Shown here: piece after piece, positions 8,926 through 18,442 of the stretch | Position numbering within the stretch: position 1 is the first letter of the stretch | How the letters are laid out: every line of letters starts with the position of its first letter | NCBI GenBank assembly: GCA_964652185.1 | Contig: CAZZDD010000001.1 | Location: forward strand, 20,407 to 84,406 | Direction: 5' to 3' | Source of the DNA: an uncultured Candidatus Peribacteria bacterium | GTDB lineage: Bacteria > Patescibacteriota > Gracilibacteria > Peribacterales > Peribacteraceae | Length of the DNA stretch: 64,000 nucleotides | Translations under genes and position numbers: made by a program | Notes under the pieces: model-generated | What the model saw: the letters and a program-made list of their open reading frames with translations, nothing else | The model's database searches: none | What the model was told of the DNA's origin: nothing

Positions 8926-9423
8926 CTATTCGTTCCTGATGTCGGGAATCAAAATCACTCTCGTTGGCCGTGGCGGAATTACCCACGGTATCGTCCCATT
9001 ACTACCAAGGTACTCACTCACGGGCTGAAACCGTTGATGCTCAAATCGATTATCGCCAATGGCCACGCTAACATACTGCCCATGCGGAACGTCACCGACG
9101 ACCACACCCGACAGACTTATTGTGCGTGTATCCGTGAGTACATCCTGATAGCACAGTACAGCATTCACACTGTGGGCCACGCACGGCATGGTTGATTCGA
9201 CGTTCGACAGATTGATGTTGTCCTCGATTAGCCACACCACGTACGCATCATGCACGGGTTCGGCGCTGTGGATCTCTAAAGTGTATGTCTGCACGTCGCC
9301 AAACAGCACCGGTGATCGCCACGTTAGATTGGCTGTGATGCGTCCTAGGTCGGACTGTTCAGCCTGCGCCGGTGTGGCTATCAGCATCAGCAGGGCGATG
9401 GTGAATAGTAAGCGTATTGCCAT
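8926..9423 (-). CDS. secreted protein (165 aa)
   Basis: Classical signal peptide MAIRLLFTIALLMLIATPAQA|EQ. GGAGA 7 nt upstream of the ATG. Confidence 0.7.
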   Translation of the reverse strand: MAIRLLFTIALLMLIATPAQAEQSDLGRITANLTWRSPVLFGDVQTYTLEIHSAEPVHDAYVVWLIEDNINLSNVESTMPCVAHSVNAVLCYQDVLTDTRTISLSGVVVGDVPHGQYVSVAIGDNRFEHQRFQPVSEYLGSNGTIPWVIPPRPTRVILIPDIRNE

Positions 9424-9574
9424 GTGATTTCTCCATTAACGATTCAAGCACGTCGGGCGGCGCATCAATGGTGCCATCTTCATTGACAGCAAACCAACCA
9501 TGTTCTGTTTGAATGGCTATGGTTTGCCACGATGCCTTTTCCGCATCGGCAATGAGTTGCTCAACGGTCATCAT
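9359..9574 (-). CDS. hypothetical protein (71 aa)
   Basis: ATG at 9574 in ATGA overlap with upstream stop. 3' end overlaps the next gene by 65 nt. Confidence 0.4.
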   Translation of the reverse strand: MMTVEQLIADAEKASWQTIAIQTEHGWFAVNEDGTIDAPPDVLESLMEKSHGNTLTIHHRPADADSHTGAG

Positions 9575-9999
9575 GCGATCATCCACGAAATGGCATACAA
9601 TATATTATATTTGAGCACCTTGTCACCATTGATGTCGTCCACCAAATCGGGAGACAGTGCGCTGTAGTCAATGCTCGCAAACAATGCGTCTTGGCTGATT
9701 GGCGTGAACAGTAGATCGATTTCTGCCGTGTCGAGTTTTACCACCTCTTTGGATGCCTCTTCGGCGCATTCTTCTTTCCATACATACCGATTGTTTTCGG
9801 TTTTGTGCTTGCCTTCATCATCCGTTTGAGCGTATTTGCCCACGATGGTAGCACGCACCTGCTGGTAAGTACTCAGTACCGGCTCTAGTGCCTTGTCAAT
9901 TAAGATGAGGCGCATTCGTACTACATTGTCCGTGATTGCCGGACTGATCATACTCATCGCTGTGTTGCCATTCACAATTTGACTGTTCGTGACCTTCAT
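9571..9999 (-). CDS. hypothetical protein (142 aa)
   Basis: ATG preceded by AAAGG. First gene after the candidate promoter at 10047-10074. Confidence 0.6.
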   Translation of the reverse strand: MKVTNSQIVNGNTAMSMISPAITDNVVRMRLILIDKALEPVLSTYQQVRATIVGKYAQTDDEGKHKTENNRYVWKEECAEEASKEVVKLDTAEIDLLFTPISQDALFASIDYSALSPDLVDDINGDKVLKYNILYAISWMIA

Positions 10000-10046
10000 A
10001 TTTGCCTTTCATTATTCATTGAATCGTATACGCTCACACGATCATC

Positions 10047-10074
10047 AGTATACCACGATTGACGCAAAATTCAA
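10047..10074 (-). promoter_or_regulatory. candidate sigma70 promoter (TTGAAT-16 nt-TGgTATACT, extended -10)
   Basis: Minus strand: TTGAAT (10074..10069), 16-nt spacer, TGG then TATACT (10052..10047). Lies in the 91-nt gap after the fibre-associated genes. Confidence 0.45.
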
Positions 10075-10090
10075 TCACTTGACGAATTGA

Positions 10091-10474
10091 TTACGCTACT
10101 TTTTCAGGTTGGCGCATGATTAGCTGGCGCGGCGTTTCGGCTAGTTCAACCGGCGAGCCAAGCACAGTCGCAGCGGTTGCAGTAGAAAGCCATTCTTTGA
10201 AACTGAGGAACAATACCTGGTACTTGTACACGCTCGCCTTTGTCACAGTGCCGCCGCTGTCTAGCGCTTCAGTCGGTTCTGCCGCCAGCATAAGCGTGAG
10301 TAAGTCAGTGTTGTCCCAAAAAATCTGTACATTCTCCGTTGCCGTCATAATGGCACGCATTGCAGTCAGGAATGCGTCCGTTTTGCGTTCTAACCGTGCA
10401 GCCGGCGACAGGTTTACGCTATCGCTCTCCGTCCATAGTGATTCGATTTGCTCCTGCTGTTTTCTGTTGATCAT
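10091..10474 (-). CDS. hypothetical protein downstream of the tail fibre (127 aa)
   Basis: ORF starting immediately after the fibre stop codon. The position suggests a fibre accessory or assembly role (inference only). Confidence 0.55.
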   Translation of the reverse strand: MINRKQQEQIESLWTESDSVNLSPAARLERKTDAFLTAMRAIMTATENVQIFWDNTDLLTLMLAAEPTEALDSGGTVTKASVYKYQVLFLSFKEWLSTATAATVLGSPVELAETPRQLIMRQPEKVA

Positions 10475-13400
10475 CTAGTTTAGTCTCGCTTTCATCATCT
10501 TGACTTCGCTCTCAAGTTCTACGATCCGTTGTCGCAGAACCTCTGTCTCTGTCCGTGCTTCCATTCGCACTTCACCGATAGCCACCGCCAACAGTGGCAC
10601 CATGCGTGCATAGTCCACGCTGTACGCGTCTTTCGTAACTACGCCGTCCCGCCCGTTGTGCTGCCATCGTGTGATTACCTCTGGAAATTGCTCCGCTACA
10701 TCCTGCGCCAAGAAACCTAGCTGCCGCACTGGATCCCCCGCTTTGTCGCAGAACTGATCGTACGCAGAGTAGTTCTTTGTCCATGTAAAGTTGTAGGCAG
10801 TCAATGCGGCGAACTTGTCGAGCGTTCCGGTGATAGGTCGTAGATTCTCCTTGAATCGTGCATCTGACGATGTGGGGAAGCTCGACGCGTGTGTGCTGCC
10901 ATTTACGTCCAGTGCGTACGATGGCGTGGCACCTTTGATACCCACCTGCTGCGATGCATCACAGTAAATAGACGCATTGGCTACCGAGTTGCTCAACGCA
11001 TTCGTGATGAATGAGAGCGTCCCGCTGCTGGACGACGCTTTAATGTAATTTGCACCGCCACGCGTGAAATTCAGCACAGCGCCTTGCGTTTCAACTTGCA
11101 CGTTGCCAAGCGATCCTGCCACTTCAAGTAGATGGCTTGTAGACGATGTACCGATGGCAAGTGAGGCAACGTCGTAAATGTCGTAGCCATTAACGTCTAC
11201 ATTTACATTCACCGTCATGGTGCTTCCTGCGATAGCTAGGTCAGCCGTTGCGTCACCACTGCGATATAAGTAAATGCCCTCATTGGCATACAGCTTGAGT
11301 GTGGATGATGCTCCGCTTGCCGTAACACTGGCGACAACTCGTGGGGCACCAGCCGCGCCACCGCCATAGATTGTGCCCGTTTGCTCTGCACCAAATGATG
11401 CTGTAGAGATCTCCTGATTTGGAGATCGTGCATACATATCGATGCCATATGTGGTGCCCGCGCTGATGTAGTAGCTAGTCAATCGACCGACAAGCGTACC
11501 ATTGCTTCGTGCAAAAGTAATTGCACTGGCATCATTCTGCGATCCATGCGTGGATGTAGTATCAGCAAGTAGCGTGATACCACTACTGTCTAGCTTAACG
11601 TTGGCACCACCCGCGTATAACTTACCATCGGTATCGGCGTACCACTGAGGTGACGCGCTACCGCTGTTGTAACCTGCAATGCGACCAATGCTACTGTCTC
11701 GCCAAATTCGCAGCCCGGTAAAGTTACTACCTATCGTACCGCTCCCTTGACGAATCTCACCACTTGTCCCGATGGTCATCACTCCAGCGAAATAGCTATT
11801 ACCACTATTGTCGAGTGTGATGAGATTGGTGGTGTCTTTACGCAAATGCAGACTGGAACCATCGAAGTAGAGGTTGGGCAAGTTTGTACCTTCTCGCCCA
11901 ATCAACATTGTTCCACCGCTGCCCAGCACTGCCACCTTCGTGGCGTTGACTTGCAGATTGAGATCGGTGCCGTCGAAATATAAGTTAGCTTTGCTTGCTA
12001 CCAGTGGTCCAATTCTGAGCTTGCCATCACTTGCCACGAAATCAAGGCTTGTCGTTGTGACCGAACTGACATTCGTGCCAGCTTTGATGTTGCCCGACGT
12101 ATCAACCGTAAATTTATCATTGGTCGCGGTAACGGTGATGCCACTAGCATCCAACTTGACAGCACCGGCACCGGCATACAAGCGCCCATCGCTACCCGCG
12201 TACCATTGCACCGTGCCTGTGTTGTAGGCGGCGATGCGACCGGTGCCAAGCCCTCCATCTTTCCAGATTTTTAGTCCAGTTGTTGGCGACGCAAACGTGC
12301 CCGATCCCTGATAAATTCCGCCATCATCACCCAAATTGATGACGCCCTCAAACGTCGCCGCACCCGTGCTGGCGAGCCTGATAAACGTAGCATTGTAGAT
12401 GTTGAAATCTAAATTAGTGCCATCCCATCGCAAATGGCCCTTGCCACTGGCGTACGGCCCAAGGCGAACTACGCCAGTACCGGTATTTACCTCGAACGTA
12501 GTTGTGTCTATTCCACTGACATTCGTGCCGAGTTTTAGGTTGCCGGTTGTGGATAAACTTGCGGTTTGCACCGTACTGTTGTAGGCAGACAGGTCAACGT
12601 TGAATAGGCGTATACCGTCCGTGGCATCCGCCGTCAATCCTTTGAATCCGCTCGTCGGCGTCAGCGTCAAATCATTACCAAGCGCAATACCGAACTTATC
12701 GCTTGCGTAATCCACAAACGAACGCAAGTTCCCAACCGCTACGGTTGGATCCATATCGTCCCAACTTGTGGTGGCTGTACGGCTGTAAATCGCCATCGTT
12801 GGTCCGATGTGATTGTGCACCGTGCTCACCGCAGCAAGGTCGATGTACCCTTCGCCAACCGCGCCGCCAAGACTGGCCACAGCATCACCGGTATACCAAT
12901 TATTAACGAAGCTGCCATCCACGCCACGAATCACGGTGTATCGATAGCCATTGCCGATGCCCAGATCGGTATAGGACGAATCGATCTTCATCACCTCAAA
13001 CTGCGCTACACCGCCGGGTGCAGTTTTAAGTACAACATAGTCACCAGATGCTAATTCGTTGTGCTCCACATCAATTGTGGTAGCCCCATCAACATGTTCG
13101 TAGTCATATACTTCGTCATGCGTGCGTCCGGTTGTGCTATTGCGCAGCCAGGTGCGTTCGGTCGAATTCGGTATATAATTCTTCCAGAATCCTAGCTCAT
13201 CAATGCGTCCTTGGTAGTAGCGAGTGACGGCACCACTCTCCGATGCCCCGACCATAAATAAGCCGTTGTCATCACGAACACCGCCGCTTGGAAACGCAGT
13301 AGATGCCGATGTGCCATTGAGCGCAATCGTGATCGTATTTGCCGTCGCATCATGCCACGCCTCAACAAAATACCATGTGTTGGTGGTAACGGTGCCTGTT

Positions 13401-16400
13401 GTGCCGATATACGTGAGTGCGCCCGCAGGCGTGTATGCGTCGAAGTAGACTTTACTGTCAGCCCAGCTGATATTGACAGACCACGCCTTCTGCGTGCTGC
13501 TGCCTTTACTGACAATGGTCATCACGCTACCATCGTTCAGTGTCGGATAAATCCAGCAGGACACATAGAAATCCACATCGCCGGCGCTCAGTGCTGCGTT
13601 GTCTGCTGTGCTCAGGTATTCACTGTTTGCTTTTGTGAATACCGCGGCGTTGCTCTGCTTTCCGGTAGTGCTCGTGACCGTATTATTGTCGGTCAGGTTA
13701 TTGGCAAGCACTGAATCGGCACGGGATCCGCTTGCCTCATCCAATGGCCAGTAGGAGATCAGATTCGTATACAGTGCTGATGTGCCATATCCGCCCGACT
13801 CGCCGGTCACATCAGCCATTAGTTTAGTGGTTGGTGCAACCAAAATTTGACCACCAATTGTGCTGATCACCTCTTGCGCCACGAGCGTTTGCACGTACAA
13901 CTCAGCAGCAAATAGTGTACGCACCATTCGATTGTAGTCGCCAACATCGATTACCATGCTGGACTGTGGATTCAGCCGTTCTTCGTTGACGGTCCAAATA
14001 GCGCTACCATCAATGGCTAAATCGATGTACTGACTTGCTGCTGCTTGCAATTGCGTTGCGCCACTGCTGAATTGAGCGAGTGCCGCTGATGCCGACGTGC
14101 TGTAGTCGTAATGCGCAAAGGTCGCACTGTCCGCAGCGGCGGCATAGTCGATTCGTGAGCGACCAATGATGTGCGTGCTGTCCGTATTCGCAGCCACAGA
14201 TAGCACACCGGTGATGGTTGCATTGTTACCGAAGGTCGCCGCGCCGGTGACATCGAATGTATCAGTGACATCAAGATCGCCATTGATGGTGATGTAGTCG
14301 CTGCTAAAATCGCCATAGATGAGTGGTGATGCAGTGTTGGTGTTGTCAATGTAAAGTTTGTTGGAGCCGGTTTCGCTGTAGCCAGCATTTGCGCCAATGA
14401 AAATGTTGGACGAGCCTGTTGTGCTCCAGCCCGCACGGTAGCCAATAGCGGTATTGTAATCACCAGATATTAGGCTGTGTAATGCCTGGAATCCAATACC
14501 ACTGTTGTAACTCCCCGTGGTATTTTGATCGACGGCGTTGCTTCCAAATGCATTGTTGTAGCTGCCTGTGGTATTTTCGGTTAATGCGTTATACCCCATC
14601 GCATTGTTGATCTGACCGGTCGTGTTGTTACGCATGGCGTTGGTGCCCATAGCGTTGTTCTTGTTGCCGGTCGTGTTGAACTTCAGTGCGCCAAGACCAA
14701 CAGCAGTGATGTACCGACCATCATTGCCACTGCCGTACGTGAGACTTGCACCACCATCGCCAAAATAATATGTACCAAGAAAGCTACCACCAGGTACATA
14801 GATTGCCTGTGTAGCAGCGACATAGTATGTAGTTGCAACATCCACCCCGTTGGTGAATACCTGCTTTTGGCTTGTCGCTCCTGTGGTTGTACCGTCCGTC
14901 TTGACGTAGCCTGATAGCATCGTTGCAGCATCGACTGAAACTAGCGCAGTCACGTGACCAAACCCATCGAGCGTGACATCTTGAATAAAATTGTACGCAG
15001 AATTGTTGACGCTTGCCTGTGAACTCGTGTCATCATGGCTAATTGTGATATTGGCGGACAATGCACCGCCGCCGGTAAGTCCCGTGCCAGCGGTGACAGT
15101 TCTCGCAACCGGCACGAATACACCAGACAATGCCGTCGATGCATCTGCGGATACCAACGCTGTGACGTGACCATACGTGTCCAACGTTACGTCTTGGATA
15201 AAAGTGGATCCACTATTGTTGACGCTAGCCTGCGAACTTGTATCGCTATGGCTAATGGTAATGTTACTACTGAGTGCACCGCCGCCAGTCAAGCCGCTGC
15301 CGGCTGTAACCGTGCGGCTAGTCTGCACAATTGATGCGCCTTGAATGCTGTCTACCGTGTCGGCATCCAGCCCACTACCACTGCCATCATTGCCCGCGTG
15401 CCAAACGGTATTGGCGTCAACCTTGACCGTGCCATCGTTGTAAACCTGCAAGCCGTTTGATTTACCGAAGAATGCGAAGTCGTCACTAACACCGGTAATG
15501 TAGCTAACACCGACATAGAACGTGCTGTCCACATTGGCGTTTGCCGTGCGATCCAACACAATCATTTGGAAATTATCAAATGACATGGTGAGTTGATCGC
15601 TCATCGTGTCGCCGGTCACGTTGACATAGGTGCTGTCGTGACTGTGAGCGTACGACGGCGTACCAACGATGGTGTCGGTGTGAATACTGCGGACATAGAT
15701 ATTGTCAAAATATACCGACGCTGTACCGATATCGTCCGTGCTATCTGCGTGTGCGGCAATGTCCCGCGTGGTGAGTGTATTGGTTAGCGTGCCACCGGAT
15801 AGCGGCAGGTAGACACCGCTGTGATTGTGGCTATCATAGGCTGTCTTGAATGCTGAAACATCTACGCCATCAACAGTTGCGCTTGTCGCCAGGACGATGT
15901 CGCCGGCGAACAGTTCGAGATCTCCCTCAACAGTTAGATCATGCGTGATGTTCACACGCTGCGATGCCGGGCTAGCAATTACTTCAAGTCCAACAGGTAT
16001 GGTATCAGGATCAAGTAGTAGATTGAGATACCTGCTACTTGTTACTGTGCGGGTCGAGAGTACCGCATCGACCGTGCTCCAAGTCGTGGCATTGCGAAAG
16101 GTGATAGCGTTGGCGGTCGCCCAAGTTGACGACGAATTCATTCGTAGCCATAACCCGGTTGAGTCCATCCCAATGCTACCAGCCGCAGCGTATAACTTGC
16201 CATCAGTGGCGTCAGCATACCACTGTTCAACGCCACCACCCACACCTTGCAACTTATTGGCGCTTGCGTCCCATTGCAGATAGTTGGTGCCATCCGATCC
16301 AGCCATCTTGAAATCGCCATTAGAGGCAATGTACGTTTTCCACACCGAGCTATCGTAATAGCCCATATAGTTCGAGCCTAAGTACAAGCCCGCCCCACTT

Positions 16401-18442
16401 GGCGTAATGGCGCTTGCCGGTATTACCGACGTGACGAGGTTGTTACTGCTATTGATGGCGGTGTAAGCGCGCCCTGCGCCGGTAACTTGGTTGGCTGTGG
16501 TACGAAAATAAGTGCTACCATTTGGCACATCATCAAGATCATCGGCTACAGCAAGCGCTCCGGCATCAGACAGACTGCCGATGCCGGAACCGCCTGTGAT
16601 CACAATATCGCCTTCAATGGCTAGCGTTGAACCATTCCAGGACAAGCGCTTATCAGTGTCGTCCACGCCGATCCAAACATTGGTGCCATTCGCATCTATG
16701 TTGACCTTCTGCGTACCGCTGCTGTACAGCTGCAATGGCACGTTGTTAAGCCGAACCGCATTATTACTGATGCGGAGATAGCTGTCATCATCGGTGACAC
16801 CATTGCCAGCATATAGCCCGTACTCATTAGCTACCGACCAAATGCCGTAAAGATTACCAAGGCGAGATCGCAACGTGACATTGCGCGGGTGCGTCTCCCA
16901 GGTGACGATCTGCGCGTATGGCGAGTTGGCACCATACAGGCCGTCGATAGCATTGACCTCATAGTAGCCATTACCGCTTGTGCCATAATCCAGCACAATG
17001 GCATCCTCCAACACCGTAGTGCCCGATGTCATCGCGCCGGCATTCGGACTAGCCGAACGTGTGAACGTGTAGCGCTGTGATTTAGTTGCGCTATCAAATC
17101 CGCTTGTGCCGTAAGAAGTATCGAGAACAACCGTTCCCCAGCAGTCGCTAATATCAAGCCCGCCGCCGGCACGAGAAAACTTACGAAGGCGAACATAGTC
17201 ACCATTGACAAATACAGCCATGCCGGTAGCACTTGGCAGATCGCGCACCGTCAACGTGGTTGTACCACCCGCAGCTGGCGCTGTGAATGTGCTATAGATC
17301 ATCGTCACCGATTTGGTGATGATCTGCCCGCCTGCCAACGCTTGCTCCAAATCAGCGATAAATGATTTGGCGTGCATCTCATCCACGAACAGGTAGCGGA
17401 AATCGCCTTGCCCGTCGTAGGTTGCACGCCAACCGGTCAACTGGCTAGTGTAGTTGTCTGACTGCAACGATACACCGCTTGTAACTTTGACAAGATTACT
17501 AGTCGGATCCAGCATGATATCGTCAGCCGGTGCCAACGTAAGATCGCCCGTCGCCGTGGTTACCAGTGGCGTGATCAGACTAGTATCAGCACGTACACTG
17601 ACCGTTGCTCGTACGTCGCCAACTGCGTCAATTCGATACGATGGCGTGATATCGCCAAAACCGACATTACCTGTCTCGGTAATCGTTATCCGTTCGTAAG
17701 TGGAACGAAAATCGGTGTCACTGAGATCTGTAAACGTGGTTGTCGAAACAATTGTGTAAAAGGCGAGTTGACCAGGGAACCGTTCAATGATGGCGACGGA
17801 ATCAGATGACGCGCTTGTCTTTGTCCAGTCGGTGCCATCAAAGGACAGATCTGCATTGCGGGACATGATGATCGACCCGCGCATATTCGTAGGCGAGTAG
17901 TTGCCGACGCTGTTGAGTTGAATCGAGCCTGCGGTTCCACTAGCGTTATTGATTTGTACACCAGCGCCCGCTGGCAAAATCGTGAGTGCACCGCTAGCCG
18001 TATCGATTAGTGGTGTGGTGATCTTCGTGGTAGCGACTAGTTTTGGCAGCGTCAGGAAGCCGCTCGTGTCGCTCTTGAGAATCTTTGATGTCGCACCAGG
18101 CGCGCTTGATGGCGTGAGAATGCCAAGCGTGTTGGTTGCGGACAGCCCAACAATGTCCAGTGCTGAACCGGTGACGCTGTGATCGGATACAGACGTAATA
18201 CTGTGCAGGCGCAGGTGGTGAGCATCAGGATCGGACGCGTGCGTAGTTATGGCGCTACTAATGTCAGTTGCGACCCACGGCGCTTGGGATCGGTCTAGCG
18301 TGCCTGTGTGATAATCACCATAGAGATCATGAGCGACCAATGCGCCAGACGCATTGACATTCGTTCGTGTTGAGTTCGCAATGAGATCGATAATGAATGG
18401 CTGTAATTTTTGATAAATCTCAAACGCTGAAACCTTGCTCAT
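10475..18442 (-). CDS. giant tail fibre / receptor-binding protein (2655 aa)
   Basis: ATG at 18442 in ATGA overlap with upstream stop. Contains an internal LamG/concanavalin-like module (about 13170-13765). Also has YadA-head-like NNAxG repeats (about 14330-14700) and two ~57-aa tandem repeats (about 14940-15340). WYA(G/D)xDGxLYAG modules are repeated. C-terminal S74 intramolecular chaperone domain. Confidence 0.9.
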   Translation of the reverse strand: MSKVSAFEIYQKLQPFIIDLIANSTRTNVNASGALVAHDLYGDYHTGTLDRSQAPWVATDISSAITTHASDPDAHHLRLHSITSVSDHSVTGSALDIVGLSATNTLGILTPSSAPGATSKILKSDTSGFLTLPKLVATTKITTPLIDTASGALTILPAGAGVQINNASGTAGSIQLNSVGNYSPTNMRGSIIMSRNADLSFDGTDWTKTSASSDSVAIIERFPGQLAFYTIVSTTTFTDLSDTDFRSTYERITITETGNVGFGDITPSYRIDAVGDVRATVSVRADTSLITPLVTTATGDLTLAPADDIMLDPTSNLVKVTSGVSLQSDNYTSQLTGWRATYDGQGDFRYLFVDEMHAKSFIADLEQALAGGQIITKSVTMIYSTFTAPAAGGTTTLTVRDLPSATGMAVFVNGDYVRLRKFSRAGGGLDISDCWGTVVLDTSYGTSGFDSATKSQRYTFTRSASPNAGAMTSGTTVLEDAIVLDYGTSGNGYYEVNAIDGLYGANSPYAQIVTWETHPRNVTLRSRLGNLYGIWSVANEYGLYAGNGVTDDDSYLRISNNAVRLNNVPLQLYSSGTQKVNIDANGTNVWIGVDDTDKRLSWNGSTLAIEGDIVITGGSGIGSLSDAGALAVADDLDDVPNGSTYFRTTANQVTGAGRAYTAINSSNNLVTSVIPASAITPSGAGLYLGSNYMGYYDSSVWKTYIASNGDFKMAGSDGTNYLQWDASANKLQGVGGGVEQWYADATDGKLYAAAGSIGMDSTGLWLRMNSSSTWATANAITFRNATTWSTVDAVLSTRTVTSSRYLNLLLDPDTIPVGLEVIASPASQRVNITHDLTVEGDLELFAGDIVLATSATVDGVDVSAFKTAYDSHNHSGVYLPLSGGTLTNTLTTRDIAAHADSTDDIGTASVYFDNIYVRSIHTDTIVGTPSYAHSHDSTYVNVTGDTMSDQLTMSFDNFQMIVLDRTANANVDSTFYVGVSYITGVSDDFAFFGKSNGLQVYNDGTVKVDANTVWHAGNDGSGSGLDADTVDSIQGASIVQTSRTVTAGSGLTGGGALSSNITISHSDTSSQASVNNSGSTFIQDVTLDTYGHVTALVSADASTALSGVFVPVARTVTAGTGLTGGGALSANITISHDDTSSQASVNNSAYNFIQDVTLDGFGHVTALVSVDAATMLSGYVKTDGTTTGATSQKQVFTNGVDVATTYYVAATQAIYVPGGSFLGTYYFGDGGASLTYGSGNDGRYITAVGLGALKFNTTGNKNNAMGTNAMRNNTTGQINNAMGYNALTENTTGSYNNAFGSNAVDQNTTGSYNSGIGFQALHSLISGDYNTAIGYRAGWSTTGSSNIFIGANAGYSETGSNKLYIDNTNTASPLIYGDFSSDYITINGDLDVTDTFDVTGAATFGNNATITGVLSVAANTDSTHIIGRSRIDYAAAADSATFAHYDYSTSASAALAQFSSGATQLQAAASQYIDLAIDGSAIWTVNEERLNPQSSMVIDVGDYNRMVRTLFAAELYVQTLVAQEVISTIGGQILVAPTTKLMADVTGESGGYGTSALYTNLISYWPLDEASGSRADSVLANNLTDNNTVTSTTGKQSNAAVFTKANSEYLSTADNAALSAGDVDFYVSCWIYPTLNDGSVMTIVSKGSSTQKAWSVNISWADSKVYFDAYTPAGALTYIGTTGTVTTNTWYFVEAWHDATANTITIALNGTSASTAFPSGGVRDDNGLFMVGASESGAVTRYYQGRIDELGFWKNYIPNSTERTWLRNSTTGRTHDEVYDYEHVDGATTIDVEHNELASGDYVVLKTAPGGVAQFEVMKIDSSYTDLGIGNGYRYTVIRGVDGSFVNNWYTGDAVASLGGAVGEGYIDLAAVSTVHNHIGPTMAIYSRTATTSWDDMDPTVAVGNLRSFVDYASDKFGIALGNDLTLTPTSGFKGLTADATDGIRLFNVDLSAYNSTVQTASLSTTGNLKLGTNVSGIDTTTFEVNTGTGVVRLGPYASGKGHLRWDGTNLDFNIYNATFIRLASTGAATFEGVINLGDDGGIYQGSGTFASPTTGLKIWKDGGLGTGRIAAYNTGTVQWYAGSDGRLYAGAGAVKLDASGITVTATNDKFTVDTSGNIKAGTNVSSVTTTSLDFVASDGKLRIGPLVASKANLYFDGTDLNLQVNATKVAVLGSGGTMLIGREGTNLPNLYFDGSSLHLRKDTTNLITLDNSGNSYFAGVMTIGTSGEIRQGSGTIGSNFTGLRIWRDSSIGRIAGYNSGSASPQWYADTDGKLYAGGANVKLDSSGITLLADTTSTHGSQNDASAITFARSNGTLVGRLTSYYISAGTTYGIDMYARSPNQEISTASFGAEQTGTIYGGGAAGAPRVVASVTASGASSTLKLYANEGIYLYRSGDATADLAIAGSTMTVNVNVDVNGYDIYDVASLAIGTSSTSHLLEVAGSLGNVQVETQGAVLNFTRGGANYIKASSSSGTLSFITNALSNSVANASIYCDASQQVGIKGATPSYALDVNGSTHASSFPTSSDARFKENLRPITGTLDKFAALTAYNFTWTKNYSAYDQFCDKAGDPVRQLGFLAQDVAEQFPEVITRWQHNGRDGVVTKDAYSVDYARMVPLLAVAIGEVRMEARTETEVLRQRIVELESEVKMMKARLN
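10478..10870 (-). other. peptidase S74 / intramolecular chaperone auto-processing domain of the fibre
   Basis: SSDARFKENL...GFLAQDVAEQFPE...VDYARMVPLLAVAIGE followed by a terminal coiled coil. The S-D-x-R-x-K hallmark is present. Confidence 0.8.

Noticed and set aside
14330-15340. Repetitive DNA that could be mistaken for a CRISPR-like or tandem-repeat array.
   Set aside because: The repeats are diverged, in frame and inside the 2655-aa fibre ORF (protein-level repeats). There are no unique spacers of fixed length.
18349-18378. TTGACA-17 nt-CGCAAT on the plus strand inside the fibre gene as an antisense promoter.
   Set aside because: It has a poor -10 and no downstream plus-strand coding potential. 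It is an isolated hexamer match in 64 kb.
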